DNA from: Vicinamibacteria bacterium | GTDB lineage: Bacteria > Acidobacteriota > Vicinamibacteria > Marinacidobacterales > Marinacidobacteraceae | Direction of reading: 5' to 3' | DNA length: 64,000 bases | Assembly: GCA_963668695.2 (NCBI GenBank) | Contig: CAXXLQ010000004.1 | Location: 1,728,001 to 1,792,000 of the forward strand | Shown here: positions 48,717-57,289 of the stretch, piece after piece | Layout of the letters: every line of letters starts with the position of its first letter | Numbering within the stretch: the stretch's first letter is position 1 | Translations under genes and position numbers: made by a program | The notes under the pieces: model-generated | Told to the model about the DNA's origin: nothing | Databases searched by the model: none | Seen by the model: the letters and a program-made list of their open reading frames with translations, nothing else

Positions 48717-50867
48717 TTAACCCGGGACCCAGTACCAGGTGAGCTTCCCGAGGAGCTCCCGGTAGGCCGGCTCCGAGCTTTCCATCCCGAAGGGCCGGCG
48801 CTCGTTGTAGACCACGTAGACGTCGCTGCCCGGGCGGTAGTTCCAGCGGAGCTGGACGTTCCCGGAGAAGTTGTTGTCGTCGTCGTTCCATTGCAGGAGC
48901 CCGCGCACGAAGGCGTCCGGCGACAGCGCCAGCAGCCCCCGCAGCACCACCAGGTTCGTGTTGAAGTCGCCGTTCTCCTGGGGGAGACGGATCTCGCTCC
49001 GCGAGTAGTTCACCTGGAGCCGCACCCGGGGATGCGGCTTGACCGCCACCCCCGGCGAGTACACCCGGAGCCGGCCGTCGAAGAACCCGTTGTTCAGGTG
49101 GAACATCTGGAACGAGAGCGGGCGGCTCTCCGAGGTGTTGACCATCCCCATGAAGTCGTTCGTCGTGTACTGGCCTTCGTCGATTTCCACCCCGTCGCGA
49201 AGTTCGAACGACTCGCTCAGGCCTTCGGTATTCCGCGAGACCGCGAAGAAGAGATGGCTGCCGTCGTTGAAGAGGAAGAACGGCCCGAAGCCGATGTTCT
49301 CGGTCTGGATCGAGCCGTCGGGCTCGGTGATGCGAATCAGGTTGGGGCCCATGAAGATCTGCCGGATCCCGAAGCGGCCGATCCGCGGGCTCCACATCCC
49401 GTCCACCCGGAGCTTCTTCACCCCGGTCCGCGGCACGAACCCCATCTCCGAACGGAATCCCTCGCCGATGTCGGTGTAGTTCGTGAAGAGGTTCCAGCGG
49501 TCGTTCCCCACCTGCCCGTTCAGCCCGAACGCCGAGTCGCGCCCCTCGACGCCCGGCGTCGAACTCCGGGCCGCGAATCCGCCAATCGTCAGCGCCCCGG
49601 TAGGCGCCCAGGAGAAGTCGGCGGCGCCCAGCCGGTGCGAGTCGCCGCCGGCCTCGGTCCGATCGAGCGCCATTACGCCCACCGAACTCCGCCCCAGCAC
49701 GTCGCGCCGGAGGCGCACCGCCGAGAACCCGGTGGCGGGCGACACCCCGTCGAACTCCTGCTGGCGGATGTGGAAGGCGCCGACATCGGTCCGCCCCAGC
49801 TTGCCGGTGATGCGCGCCCCGCCGACGATGGGAATGATCTCGCCGTCTTCGGAGAGCCCGATCCGGCGGCTGAAGAACAGGAAGGTCTCCGGCGGTTCGA
49901 ACGGCCGGCTGGCTTCGCCCACCTGGAAGAGCCCGGCGTTTTCGAGGAAGAACTCGCGCTGCTCGGGGAAGAAGAGCTCGAAGCGGGTCAGGTTCACCTG
50001 CTGCTCGTCGGCCTCCACCTGCGCGAAGTCGGTGTTCACCGTCACGTCCAGGTTCAGGTTGGACCCGAGCCCCACCTTGGCGTCGAGCCCGAGGTCGGCG
50101 GTCCCCGCGCGGTCCTCGCCCTCGCCGGTGACCCCGGCAACTCCGAAGGGCTTCAGCTTGATGCGGCCGCCGGGGTCGGCGCTGTCGATCCCGCGGAGCA
50201 CCCCGTAGGCGGAGATCCGCCACATCGCGTTGAATCCCCAGTCGTTGTCGATCGCGGCCCAGTAGCTCTGCTCGCGGCTGCGCGCCACCTGGCGGCCGAA
50301 GTTGACCCCGAACTCGGGGGTGCCGCTCGGGAACCGGAGCGTCTCGAAGGGGATGATCATCTCGGTGACCCAGCCGCCCTCGGTCCGCCGCGATCCCACC
50401 CGCCAGACGCCGTCCCACTCGAGGTTGAGCACCGCGCCCTCGCCCTGGATGAGTCCGTCCTGGCGGGTCCCCACCGCGTTGGTGGTGAAGAAGAAGGCGC
50501 TCCGGTGGTCGTGGTAGGTGTCGAGCACCACCATGAAGTTGTCGTCGCTCTCCAGGTTGGCGTCGCGCCGGTATTCGCGGGCGACCACCGCGTCCGGGTC
50601 GTCGTCCTCGAGGCGGGCGCCGATCAGCAGCGCGTCCCGCGTGTAGGCGACGAGCACCTCGGTGGCGAAGGTGGGCTCCGCACCCTCCACCGGTTCGCTC
50701 TGGATGAATCCGCCGGCCACCGCCGCGTTCGCCCAGACTTCCTCGTCAAGCCAGCCGTCGGCCACCGGCAGCTCGTCCACGAGCGGCGCGTCGAGCACCC
50801 GTTCGTGCCCCTCCTGGGCGGAGGCGTGGCCCGCCGCGAGGACGAGTGCTAGCAGTCCGCAGACCAA
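48717..50867 (-). CDS. Outer-membrane protein with CBM9-like N-terminus and DUF5916-like barrel
   Basis: DG.LDE..W, EMIIPF.TLRF, NTDFAQVEAD, FPEQREFFLE, FFSRRIG. Start uncertain because it lies within a MITE end. Confidence 0.8.
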   Translation of the reverse strand: MVCGLLALVLAAGHASAQEGHERVLDAPLVDELPVADGWLDEEVWANAAVAGGFIQSEPVEGAEPTFATEVLVAYTRDALLIGARLEDDDPDAVVAREYRRDANLESDDNFMVVLDTYHDHRSAFFFTTNAVGTRQDGLIQGEGAVLNLEWDGVWRVGSRRTEGGWVTEMIIPFETLRFPSGTPEFGVNFGRQVARSREQSYWAAIDNDWGFNAMWRISAYGVLRGIDSADPGGRIKLKPFGVAGVTGEGEDRAGTADLGLDAKVGLGSNLNLDVTVNTDFAQVEADEQQVNLTRFELFFPEQREFFLENAGLFQVGEASRPFEPPETFLFFSRRIGLSEDGEIIPIVGGARITGKLGRTDVGAFHIRQQEFDGVSPATGFSAVRLRRDVLGRSSVGVMALDRTEAGGDSHRLGAADFSWAPTGALTIGGFAARSSTPGVEGRDSAFGLNGQVGNDRWNLFTNYTDIGEGFRSEMGFVPRTGVKKLRVDGMWSPRIGRFGIRQIFMGPNLIRITEPDGSIQTENIGFGPFFLFNDGSHLFFAVSRNTEGLSESFELRDGVEIDEGQYTTNDFMGMVNTSESRPLSFQMFHLNNGFFDGRLRVYSPGVAVKPHPRVRLQVNYSRSEIRLPQENGDFNTNLVVLRGLLALSPDAFVRGLLQWNDDDNNFSGNVQLRWNYRPGSDVYVVYNERRPFGMESSEPAYRELLGKLTWYWVPG

Positions 50868-51067
50868 GTGGCGTGAGCGCCGAGAGCGGCCAGTCTCCCG
50901 GTGGGGGCGAGGCGCCCGGCTGACAAGGCGCGCGAGGGAGGAATACCGTGTGTCTTTCGACCGAAGCGCAACGATGAGCGAAGCGTAGCGCCGTTTCTCC
51001 CGGTGGGGGGGCGGTTCAGGCGGGATGGATCGCCGCTCGAACGCCGCGCGACTTGGTCCGCGGGCTG
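50853..51067. mobile_element. MITE-A copy (two inserts)
   Basis: Ends CAGTCCGCAGACCAAG / CTTGGTCCGCGGGCTG, flanked by CTAG and CTCG. Confidence 0.8.
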
Positions 51068-51076
51068 CTCGGATTG

Positions 51077-51760
51077 CTACTCCTCGAGCGCGAACTCGAA
51101 AACCATCCATGAGACGGAAACGAAGGCGACCGCGGACAGGATCAGGAAGCGCGCCGCGTCCCAGACCGGCTCGCCCGCCATCGCCGCCCGCATGCCGGAC
51201 ACGCCGGCGATCAGCAGCGGCGCCGAGAGGGGGAAGAGCAGCAGCGGCAGCAGCACCTCGCGCACCGGGGTCGCGGCGCAGATGGCTGCCACCGTGACGC
51301 CGAGAGCCATGAATCCGAGAGAGCCGCACAGAAGAATCGCACCGAGGGTTAGCAGACCATTTACGGTCTGGCCCCCCAAAAGGTTCGCCCGGAAAAAGAA
51401 CTGGTAGAGCGCCACCACCGGGATCTCGACCGCGAGCAGGAGGAGCGTCCCCGAGCCCAGCTTCCCGAAGTAGATGGCCGACCGGTCCACGGGTCCGAGC
51501 ATCAGCCCGTGGATCGCCATCGATTCGGTTTCGGGGGCGAAGCTGCGGTAGAGGCCGAGGGTGCCGGCGAAGAGGAAGGCGGCCTGGAGCACCCCGGGGG
51601 CAAGGTCGTGCCGGTCCGCCGAATCGAGCCCGATGGCGAAGTGCATGACGAGCAGCACGAGCGCCGCGAAGAGGAACATGGCCGGCAGCCGTTCGCGCGA
51701 GCGGGCTTCGCTCAGCAGGTCCTTCCCCGCGATGGCCATCCCCGCGCGGAACGTGGTCAC
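51077..51760 (-). CDS. ccmB: Heme exporter CcmB
   Basis: KDL..E.R.RE, IYFGK, REVLLPLLLFPL..P. Confidence 0.9.
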   Translation of the reverse strand: MTTFRAGMAIAGKDLLSEARSRERLPAMFLFAALVLLVMHFAIGLDSADRHDLAPGVLQAAFLFAGTLGLYRSFAPETESMAIHGLMLGPVDRSAIYFGKLGSGTLLLLAVEIPVVALYQFFFRANLLGGQTVNGLLTLGAILLCGSLGFMALGVTVAAICAATPVREVLLPLLLFPLSAPLLIAGVSGMRAAMAGEPVWDAARFLILSAVAFVSVSWMVFEFALEE

Positions 51761-52536
51761 GAGGCGGACCTCTTGTTTCGGCCGGCGGCCTGGGTGTTTC
51801 GGCCGGCGGCTTGGGTATTCCGCCCCTCGGCTGCGGCGTCCCGGCCGGCGGCCGCGGCGTCGTAGGTCCGCCGGACGGCCTGCGGGTCGGCCGCCGGATC
51901 ATCGAGGACCACCCGGCCGCGCTGGAGGACCAGCGCCCGGTCGGCGAGCGCGACCGCCCGGCCCACGCCGTGGGTGGCGAAGAGCACCGCCGCCCCGCGC
52001 TCGCGGGCCGCGCGCACCATCCCGGTGAGCCGGTCCCGCGCCGCGCCGTCGAGCCCGGCGAACGGTTCGTCGAGAAGCAGCAGGTCCGGTTCGTGGAGAA
52101 GGGCGCGGGCGAGCGTCGCCCGCTGCGCCGTCCCCCGCGAGAGGTGGCGCGCCGGGACGTCGGCGACCGCGGCGAGGCCGTGCGTCTCCAGCAGGGCGCC
52201 GATGTCCGTCCGGGCCCCGTGGAGCCGGCGGTGGAAGCGCAGGTTCTCCCGGACCGTCAGTTCCGGGTAGAGGAGCGACTGGTGGGAGGCGAACCCGATC
52301 CAGCCGCGCGCCGCCGGGACCGCGTGCTTCAGTTCCACCCCGCGGTAGCGGAGGGTTCCCGACGACGGGCGTGCCAGGGTGGCGGCCATCCGGATCAGCG
52401 TGGTCTTCCCCGCGCCGTTCGGCCCGAGGAGAGCGACGATCTCCCCGGCGGCCACCGTGAGGCTCACCTCGTCCACCACCGGGACCTCCCGGTAGCGCCG
52501 GGTGACGCGGTCGGCCTCGAAGAGGGGGGCGGACAC
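51757..52536 (-). CDS. ccmA: Heme ABC exporter ATPase CcmA
   Basis: GPNGAGKT, LSRG..QR, LLDEP; adjacent to ccmB. Confidence 0.9.
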   Translation of the reverse strand: MSAPLFEADRVTRRYREVPVVDEVSLTVAAGEIVALLGPNGAGKTTLIRMAATLARPSSGTLRYRGVELKHAVPAARGWIGFASHQSLLYPELTVRENLRFHRRLHGARTDIGALLETHGLAAVADVPARHLSRGTAQRATLARALLHEPDLLLLDEPFAGLDGAARDRLTGMVRAARERGAAVLFATHGVGRAVALADRALVLQRGRVVLDDPAADPQAVRRTYDAAAAGRDAAAEGRNTQAAGRNTQAAGRNKRSAS

Positions 52537-52553
52537 GGCGTCTTCCGGCCTAG

Positions 52554-52822
52554 CAGCCTGTGGATAAAGTGGCGTGAGCGCCGAGAGCGGCCAGTCTCCC
52601 GGTGGGGGCGAGGCCCAGTTCTCCCGGTGGGGGTCCGGCTGACAAGGCGCGCGAGGGAGGAGCCCCTACCGGGAGAACTGGCCCGGGTGTATTTCGCCCG
52701 AAGCGCAACGATGAACGACGCGAAGCGGAGTGTTTCAGCCGGGGCCCCCACCGGGAGAACTGGGGATCGCCGCTCGCGCCCCCACCGGGAGAACTGGGCC
52801 GCGAGACTTTGTCCACAGGCTG
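52554..52822. mobile_element. MITE-A copy carrying five 18-nt-unit inserts
   Basis: CAGCCTGTGG / CCACAGGCTG ends with CTAG duplicated; inserts at 52591, 52615, 52664, 52746 and 52780. Confidence 0.88.
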
Positions 52823-53983
52823 CTAGGCGGACCCGCCCCCGCCGAAGGCGCGGTGCAGGAGCCCGAAGCCCAGGGCGGCGGCCATCAGCAGCGCGAGCGC
52901 CCATTTCGAGGCGATCGTCGGGTCCGGAAGCAGGCCGATGGTGCCCGCGGCGGACCGCCCCGCCTCGGACTGGGCCACCAGGCCGGGGAGCGGCCGCCCG
53001 CCCGGGGTACCGCCCGGGGTACCGCCGGGCGTACCGGCCGCGGCCGGGGGCGGCGTCCCGCCGCTGAAGAGCATCCCCACCGCTTCCCCGGCGGCGATAT
53101 CGAACTTCCGGGCCGCGTTGATCCCGGCGCTCTCGTCGGCGCCGAGGAGCTCCCACCCGGGGGACGCTCCGGCGGGGATTTCGAGGTCCATGTCGAGCGG
53201 CGAGGCGAGGAGCAGCACCTCCGGGCTCGCCCGGGGGGCGACGAGCGCCGCTTCGTGGCGCTCACCCTCGTAGGAGACGGCGTAGGAGAGGACGATTTCG
53301 GTCTCGCCCGGCTTGAAGGCGGTGCGGATGGCGTAATCGCCTTCGTCGCCCACCGCGAAGCTGCTCTGCGGGACCGGCATCCCGGTCTCGCCGGTGGAAC
53401 TGATCGTCGGGAGCTCGAGCAGCGTGCCTTCGGGGGGCAGCCGGAACCGCAGGGTCTCGTCGTCGCTGGTGAAGGTGCGGGGCGGGTCGGTGCGGTTGTC
53501 CACCACGAAGATCTGGTCCACCCGGAGCGCGTCCCGCTCGCCGGGCATCCGGCGGTAGAGCGCGCGCCAGGTGGAGAGCCGAATGTCGGTGTCGTTCCAT
53601 TCCTCGAAGGGGTCGTAGACGACGATGGCGGCCTCGGTCGTTTCGCCGGGGGTGAGCCGCACCGGGGCGTTGTAGTTGACCCCCCGGTAGCTGGCCTGGA
53701 GGAGGAAGGGGCGCATGCCGCCGGCGGGAGATCCGTCGGCGGGGGATCCCCCATCCGAAGTCTGGTCCGGCGCCTCGAGCGTCACCTGCTCGGCCGGGTT
53801 TTCGACCGAGTCCACCGGCTCCATCCCCTGGCCGAGGCGGTAGAGGGTGACGAGGTCCACGGACGCCGGCTCCTGGGTGGTGCCGTTCACGAGGGTGACC
53901 CGCACGGGCTGGGCGGCCGCGGTGAGCGGGAGCGCGAGGAGGGCGAGGGCGGCGAGGAGGGCCAGGGGGAGGAGAGGCCTCAT
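52823..53983 (-). CDS. Exported, C-terminally anchored protein of the ccm cluster
   Basis: Signal peptide, V.NGTT..P, Y.GV.Y, C-terminal TM segment. Confidence 0.7.
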   Translation of the reverse strand: MRPLLPLALLAALALLALPLTAAAQPVRVTLVNGTTQEPASVDLVTLYRLGQGMEPVDSVENPAEQVTLEAPDQTSDGGSPADGSPAGGMRPFLLQASYRGVNYNAPVRLTPGETTEAAIVVYDPFEEWNDTDIRLSTWRALYRRMPGERDALRVDQIFVVDNRTDPPRTFTSDDETLRFRLPPEGTLLELPTISSTGETGMPVPQSSFAVGDEGDYAIRTAFKPGETEIVLSYAVSYEGERHEAALVAPRASPEVLLLASPLDMDLEIPAGASPGWELLGADESAGINAARKFDIAAGEAVGMLFSGGTPPPAAAGTPGGTPGGTPGGRPLPGLVAQSEAGRSAAGTIGLLPDPTIASKWALALLMAAALGFGLLHRAFGGGGSA

Positions 53984-54369
53984 TTCTTCGTCCGTCCCGG
54001 CTTGGGTTTCGGCCGCCTGCGCGGAGTGGCGTCGGGAGTTACGTCCCCCTGCGGGGGCGATGCTGGCCGGTTCTCCCGGTGGGGGCCTGAAGACCGGCGC
54101 TCCAGTACGTCCAGTTGGGCAGTCACTTCCGCGGCTTGAACCAGCACCGCCGCCCGGCTGGCGGCGTGCTCCGCGGGCGCGATCTTCCCGGCGTCCTTCT
54201 CGAAGTCGAGTTCCGCCAGGGTGAGCAGGAGCTGGTCCCGCTTCTCCCGGAGCCGCAGCACGGTGCGGTCGGTCTCCTGGCGCGGGGCCGTCTCCGGCCC
54301 GGAGAAGACCGGCTGCAGCACGAAGGCGGTGGCGGCGGCCGCCAGCACCGCGAGCAGGACCAATGTCAC
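53980..54369 (-). CDS. Small ccm-associated membrane protein (CcmI-like N-terminus); C-terminus derived from a REP
   Basis: TM segment, then L.ELDFEKDAGKI...EH; REP plus insert at 54057-54104. Confidence 0.7.
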   Translation of the reverse strand: MTLVLLAVLAAAATAFVLQPVFSGPETAPRQETDRTVLRLREKRDQLLLTLAELDFEKDAGKIAPAEHAASRAAVLVQAAEVTAQLDVLERRSSGPHRENRPASPPQGDVTPDATPRRRPKPKPGRTKK

Positions 54370-54388
54370 CCGGAGGTCACGCGGTTAG

Positions 54389-54675
54389 CAGCCTGTGGAC
54401 AGAGTCGCGTGAGCGCCGAGGCGGGCGAGGCGCCCGGCTGAGAAGGCGCGCGAGGGAGGAGCCCCCACCGGGAGAACTGGCCCGGGTGGTTTTCGACCGA
54501 AGCGCAACGATGAGCGCCGCAATGCGGCGCGGTTCAGCCGGGATGCATCGCCCGCCGTTTCCGGAGCGGGGCGTCAGCACCGCGGAGACCCCGGAGCGGA
54601 AGGGACGGGGGGCGGGGCTACCCGACCCCCATCCCTTCTGGCTCGGGAACTCCGCGTGACTCTGTTCACAGGTTG
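54389..54675. mobile_element. MITE-A copy with one 18-nt insert and about 90 bp of extra hairpin sequence
   Basis: Non-palindromic TTAG directly repeated at 54385-54388 and 54676-54679. Confidence 0.85.
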
Positions 54676-54680
54676 TTAGG

Positions 54681-55223
54681 TCAGCGAATCCGGTCCACGT
54701 CGCGTTCGATGCGGGCGAGCACCTCGGGCGAAACCCCGACGGTGGCGGCAGCGGGCGCCGGAGCGTTCTGCCGCCAGCGGCGCAGCACGGTGACCGCGAA
54801 CACCCCGCCCCCGAGCAGGAAGACCCCCGGGAGGATCCAGACCGAGAGGTGGAAGCCGGTGGCCGGCGGCGCCGCGAGGATGACCAGGCCGTAGCGCTCG
54901 GCGAACATGTCGATGAGGTCGTCGGCGTCCTCTCCCGCCTGGAGCCGCTCGGCGATCTCCTCGCGGAGGGGGTTCGAGGAGGGGCAGCGGTCCATGGCGC
55001 ACTCGCTGATCAGCGCGTTGCAGCCGCCGCACTGGCAGGTGAGCGCGTGCGCCACCCGCTGGTAGTCGGCCGAGTTGTAGCGGTCCTGACCGGCCAGCGA
55101 ATGAGCCAAGGGGCCGGCGAGCAGCGCGGTGGCGGCGGCGGCGGCGAGCAGCGTTCGGGCGAGTCGCATCAGATTCATCGGATCAGGCTTCATCGGGTTT
55201 GGCTTCATCGGATCAGGCTTCAT
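54681..55223 (-). CDS. ccmH: CcmH-like cytochrome c maturation protein
   Basis: LTCQCGGC, YG..ILAAPP..GF...W..P. Start uncertain because of 15-bp repeats. Confidence 0.85.
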   Translation of the reverse strand: MKPDPMKPNPMKPDPMNLMRLARTLLAAAAATALLAGPLAHSLAGQDRYNSADYQRVAHALTCQCGGCNALISECAMDRCPSSNPLREEIAERLQAGEDADDLIDMFAERYGLVILAAPPATGFHLSVWILPGVFLLGGGVFAVTVLRRWRQNAPAPAAATVGVSPEVLARIERDVDRIR

Positions 55224-55227
55224 TGGA

Positions 55228-57240
55228 TCAGACGGCCTCCAGGGCGGCCCCCTGCGGGGCGGCGGAGGTGGCGGCTGCCCGGCGGGTGGGCGAGCGGTTC
55301 GGGATCAGGGTGAGCACGGTGCCGAGGAACATCACGAACCCGCCGAGCCACACCCAGCGGACCAGCGGGTTCCGGTACACATGGACGGTAGCCCGCCCGT
55401 CCTCGATCATGCCGGAGAAGACGAGGTAGATGTCCTCCTGGAAGGTGGCGTGGCGGCGCACCTCGGAGGTGGCCTGGCCGGTGGCCTTGTCGAACTGGCG
55501 GCGCGGCTGGAAGATGCCGACCGGCTCGTCGTGCTTCGAGAGCAGGAGCTGCGCCCCGAGCCAGTCATAGACCGGGGTCGAGCCGCTGGGGAGGTCCTGG
55601 AGGGTGACCGACCAGGGACCGATGCGGGTGCTCTCGCCGCGGTTGAGGTCGGCGATGACGTCCTTGTTGAACGCGTTTCCGGCGAAGCCGATGAAGAGCA
55701 GCACGATCCCGATGTGGACGATGTAACCCCCGTAGCGGCGGGTGTTCCGCTGCACGAGGTCCACCAGCGCGGTCGGGTAGCTGCCGCCGCGGTGGGCCCG
55801 CCGGGCGCGGACGCCCCGGTGGAACTCGTATCCGATCGTCACGAAGACGAAGGCCCCCATCGCGAAGCAGAGGATCGCGTAGGGGTGGCGCATGCCGAGG
55901 AGCACCAGCAGCACGCCGGTCCCGATGCCGGCGATGGTGGGCAACGTGAAGTTCCGGCGCAGGCTGTCCATTGAGGAGCGGCGCCAGGCGAGGAGCGGCC
56001 CCACGCCGGTCATCAGCAGGAGCCCGAGGCCGAGCGGGACGTTCACCCGGTTGAAGAAGGGCGCGCCGACGGTGATCTGCTCGCCCTGCACCGCCTCGGA
56101 GAGGACCGGAAACAGCGTGCCCCAGAGCACCGCGAAGCAGGCGGCGAGCAGCAGCAGGTTGTTGAACAGGAAGCCCGCCTCGCGGGAGACCACCGCTTCG
56201 AGTTCGTTCTCGGAGCGGAGATCCTTGACCCGCGTGATCAGCAGCGCTGCGGAGAGGACGGTGGCGGCGATGATGAAGACCAGGAAGCGCCAGGCGAACT
56301 CGGAGGACGCGAAGGCGTGCACCGAGGAGACGATCCCGCTCCGGGTGAGGAAGGTGCCGAAGACGCAGAGCAGGTAGGTCGTCATCACCAATCCGGCGTT
56401 CCAGATCTTTAGCATCCCCTTCCGTTCCTGGATCATCGCGGAGTGCAGGAAGGCGGTGCCGGTGAGCCAGGGCATGAGCGCGGCGTTTTCGACCGGGTCC
56501 CAGCCCCAGTAGCCGCCCCAGCCGAGCTCCACGTAGGCCCAGCGGCCGCCGAGCAGGATGCCGCTGCCGAGGAAGAACCACGCGATGAGCGTCCAGCGCC
56601 GGGTGCTCGCGATCCAGGCGGCGTCGAGCCGCCGGGTCCACAGCGCCGCCACGCAGAACGCGAACGGGATCACGAAGCCCACGTAGCCGGTGTAGAGGAT
56701 CGGCGGGTGGATCGCCATGATCGGGTGCTGGAGCAGCGGGTTCAGCCCGTTCCCGTCGCCGGGGGTGAAGGGGATGGGCCCGGCGGCGGTGATCTCGGCG
56801 AGCTGCCCGAACGGGTTGCACACCCAGTAGTTCATGTAGGCGAAGAACAGGATCACCCCGGCGAGGGTGGTGACCACCTGCGGGATGAGCTCGTCGTCCT
56901 TCCGGCGGATCACGCACGCCGCCGCGAAGACCAACATCAGGAAGGTCCAAAAGACCAGCGACCCGTCGTTCCCGGCCCAGAGCGCCGAGACCTTGTAGTA
57001 CCAGGGGAGCGCCGCCGCCGAGTAGCTCGCGACGTACTGGAAGCGGAAGTCGTCCGCGAGGAAGAGCGCGAGGAGCGCGGCGATCGAGAGCGCCGAGAAG
57101 CCGAAAGCGGCGACGATGGCCCGCCGGGCGCTCGTGACGAGCTGGGCGGAGCGCTTCTTCGCCCCGATCAGCGAGGCGGCGATGGCGTAGACGCACATCA
57201 CGACCACGCCCATCAGCGCGAAGTTGCCGAGGTGATGCAC
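55228..57240 (-). CDS. ccmF: Cytochrome c heme lyase CcmF
   Basis: GLNPLLQ, IHPP, WAY.ELGWGGYWGWDPVEN, TRSGIVSSVHAF. Confidence 0.95.
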   Translation of the reverse strand: MHHLGNFALMGVVVMCVYAIAASLIGAKKRSAQLVTSARRAIVAAFGFSALSIAALLALFLADDFRFQYVASYSAAALPWYYKVSALWAGNDGSLVFWTFLMLVFAAACVIRRKDDELIPQVVTTLAGVILFFAYMNYWVCNPFGQLAEITAAGPIPFTPGDGNGLNPLLQHPIMAIHPPILYTGYVGFVIPFAFCVAALWTRRLDAAWIASTRRWTLIAWFFLGSGILLGGRWAYVELGWGGYWGWDPVENAALMPWLTGTAFLHSAMIQERKGMLKIWNAGLVMTTYLLCVFGTFLTRSGIVSSVHAFASSEFAWRFLVFIIAATVLSAALLITRVKDLRSENELEAVVSREAGFLFNNLLLLAACFAVLWGTLFPVLSEAVQGEQITVGAPFFNRVNVPLGLGLLLMTGVGPLLAWRRSSMDSLRRNFTLPTIAGIGTGVLLVLLGMRHPYAILCFAMGAFVFVTIGYEFHRGVRARRAHRGGSYPTALVDLVQRNTRRYGGYIVHIGIVLLFIGFAGNAFNKDVIADLNRGESTRIGPWSVTLQDLPSGSTPVYDWLGAQLLLSKHDEPVGIFQPRRQFDKATGQATSEVRRHATFQEDIYLVFSGMIEDGRATVHVYRNPLVRWVWLGGFVMFLGTVLTLIPNRSPTRRAAATSAAPQGAALEAV

Positions 57241-57289
57241 TTGTTATCCCTGGCGCCGGCTCCGCCTCTAGCGGCTCACCGGGTGCGGG

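Noticed and set aside
48717-51902. 1061-aa ORF as a single protein
   Set aside because: The N-terminal third overlaps ccmB in another frame and runs through a MITE; only the part from about 50867 has protein-like motifs.
52591-52797. Five 18-nt repeats resembling a mini CRISPR array
   Set aside because: Orientation flips, spacing is irregular (7-64 nt), the 'spacers' are conserved MITE sequence, and no cas genes are present.
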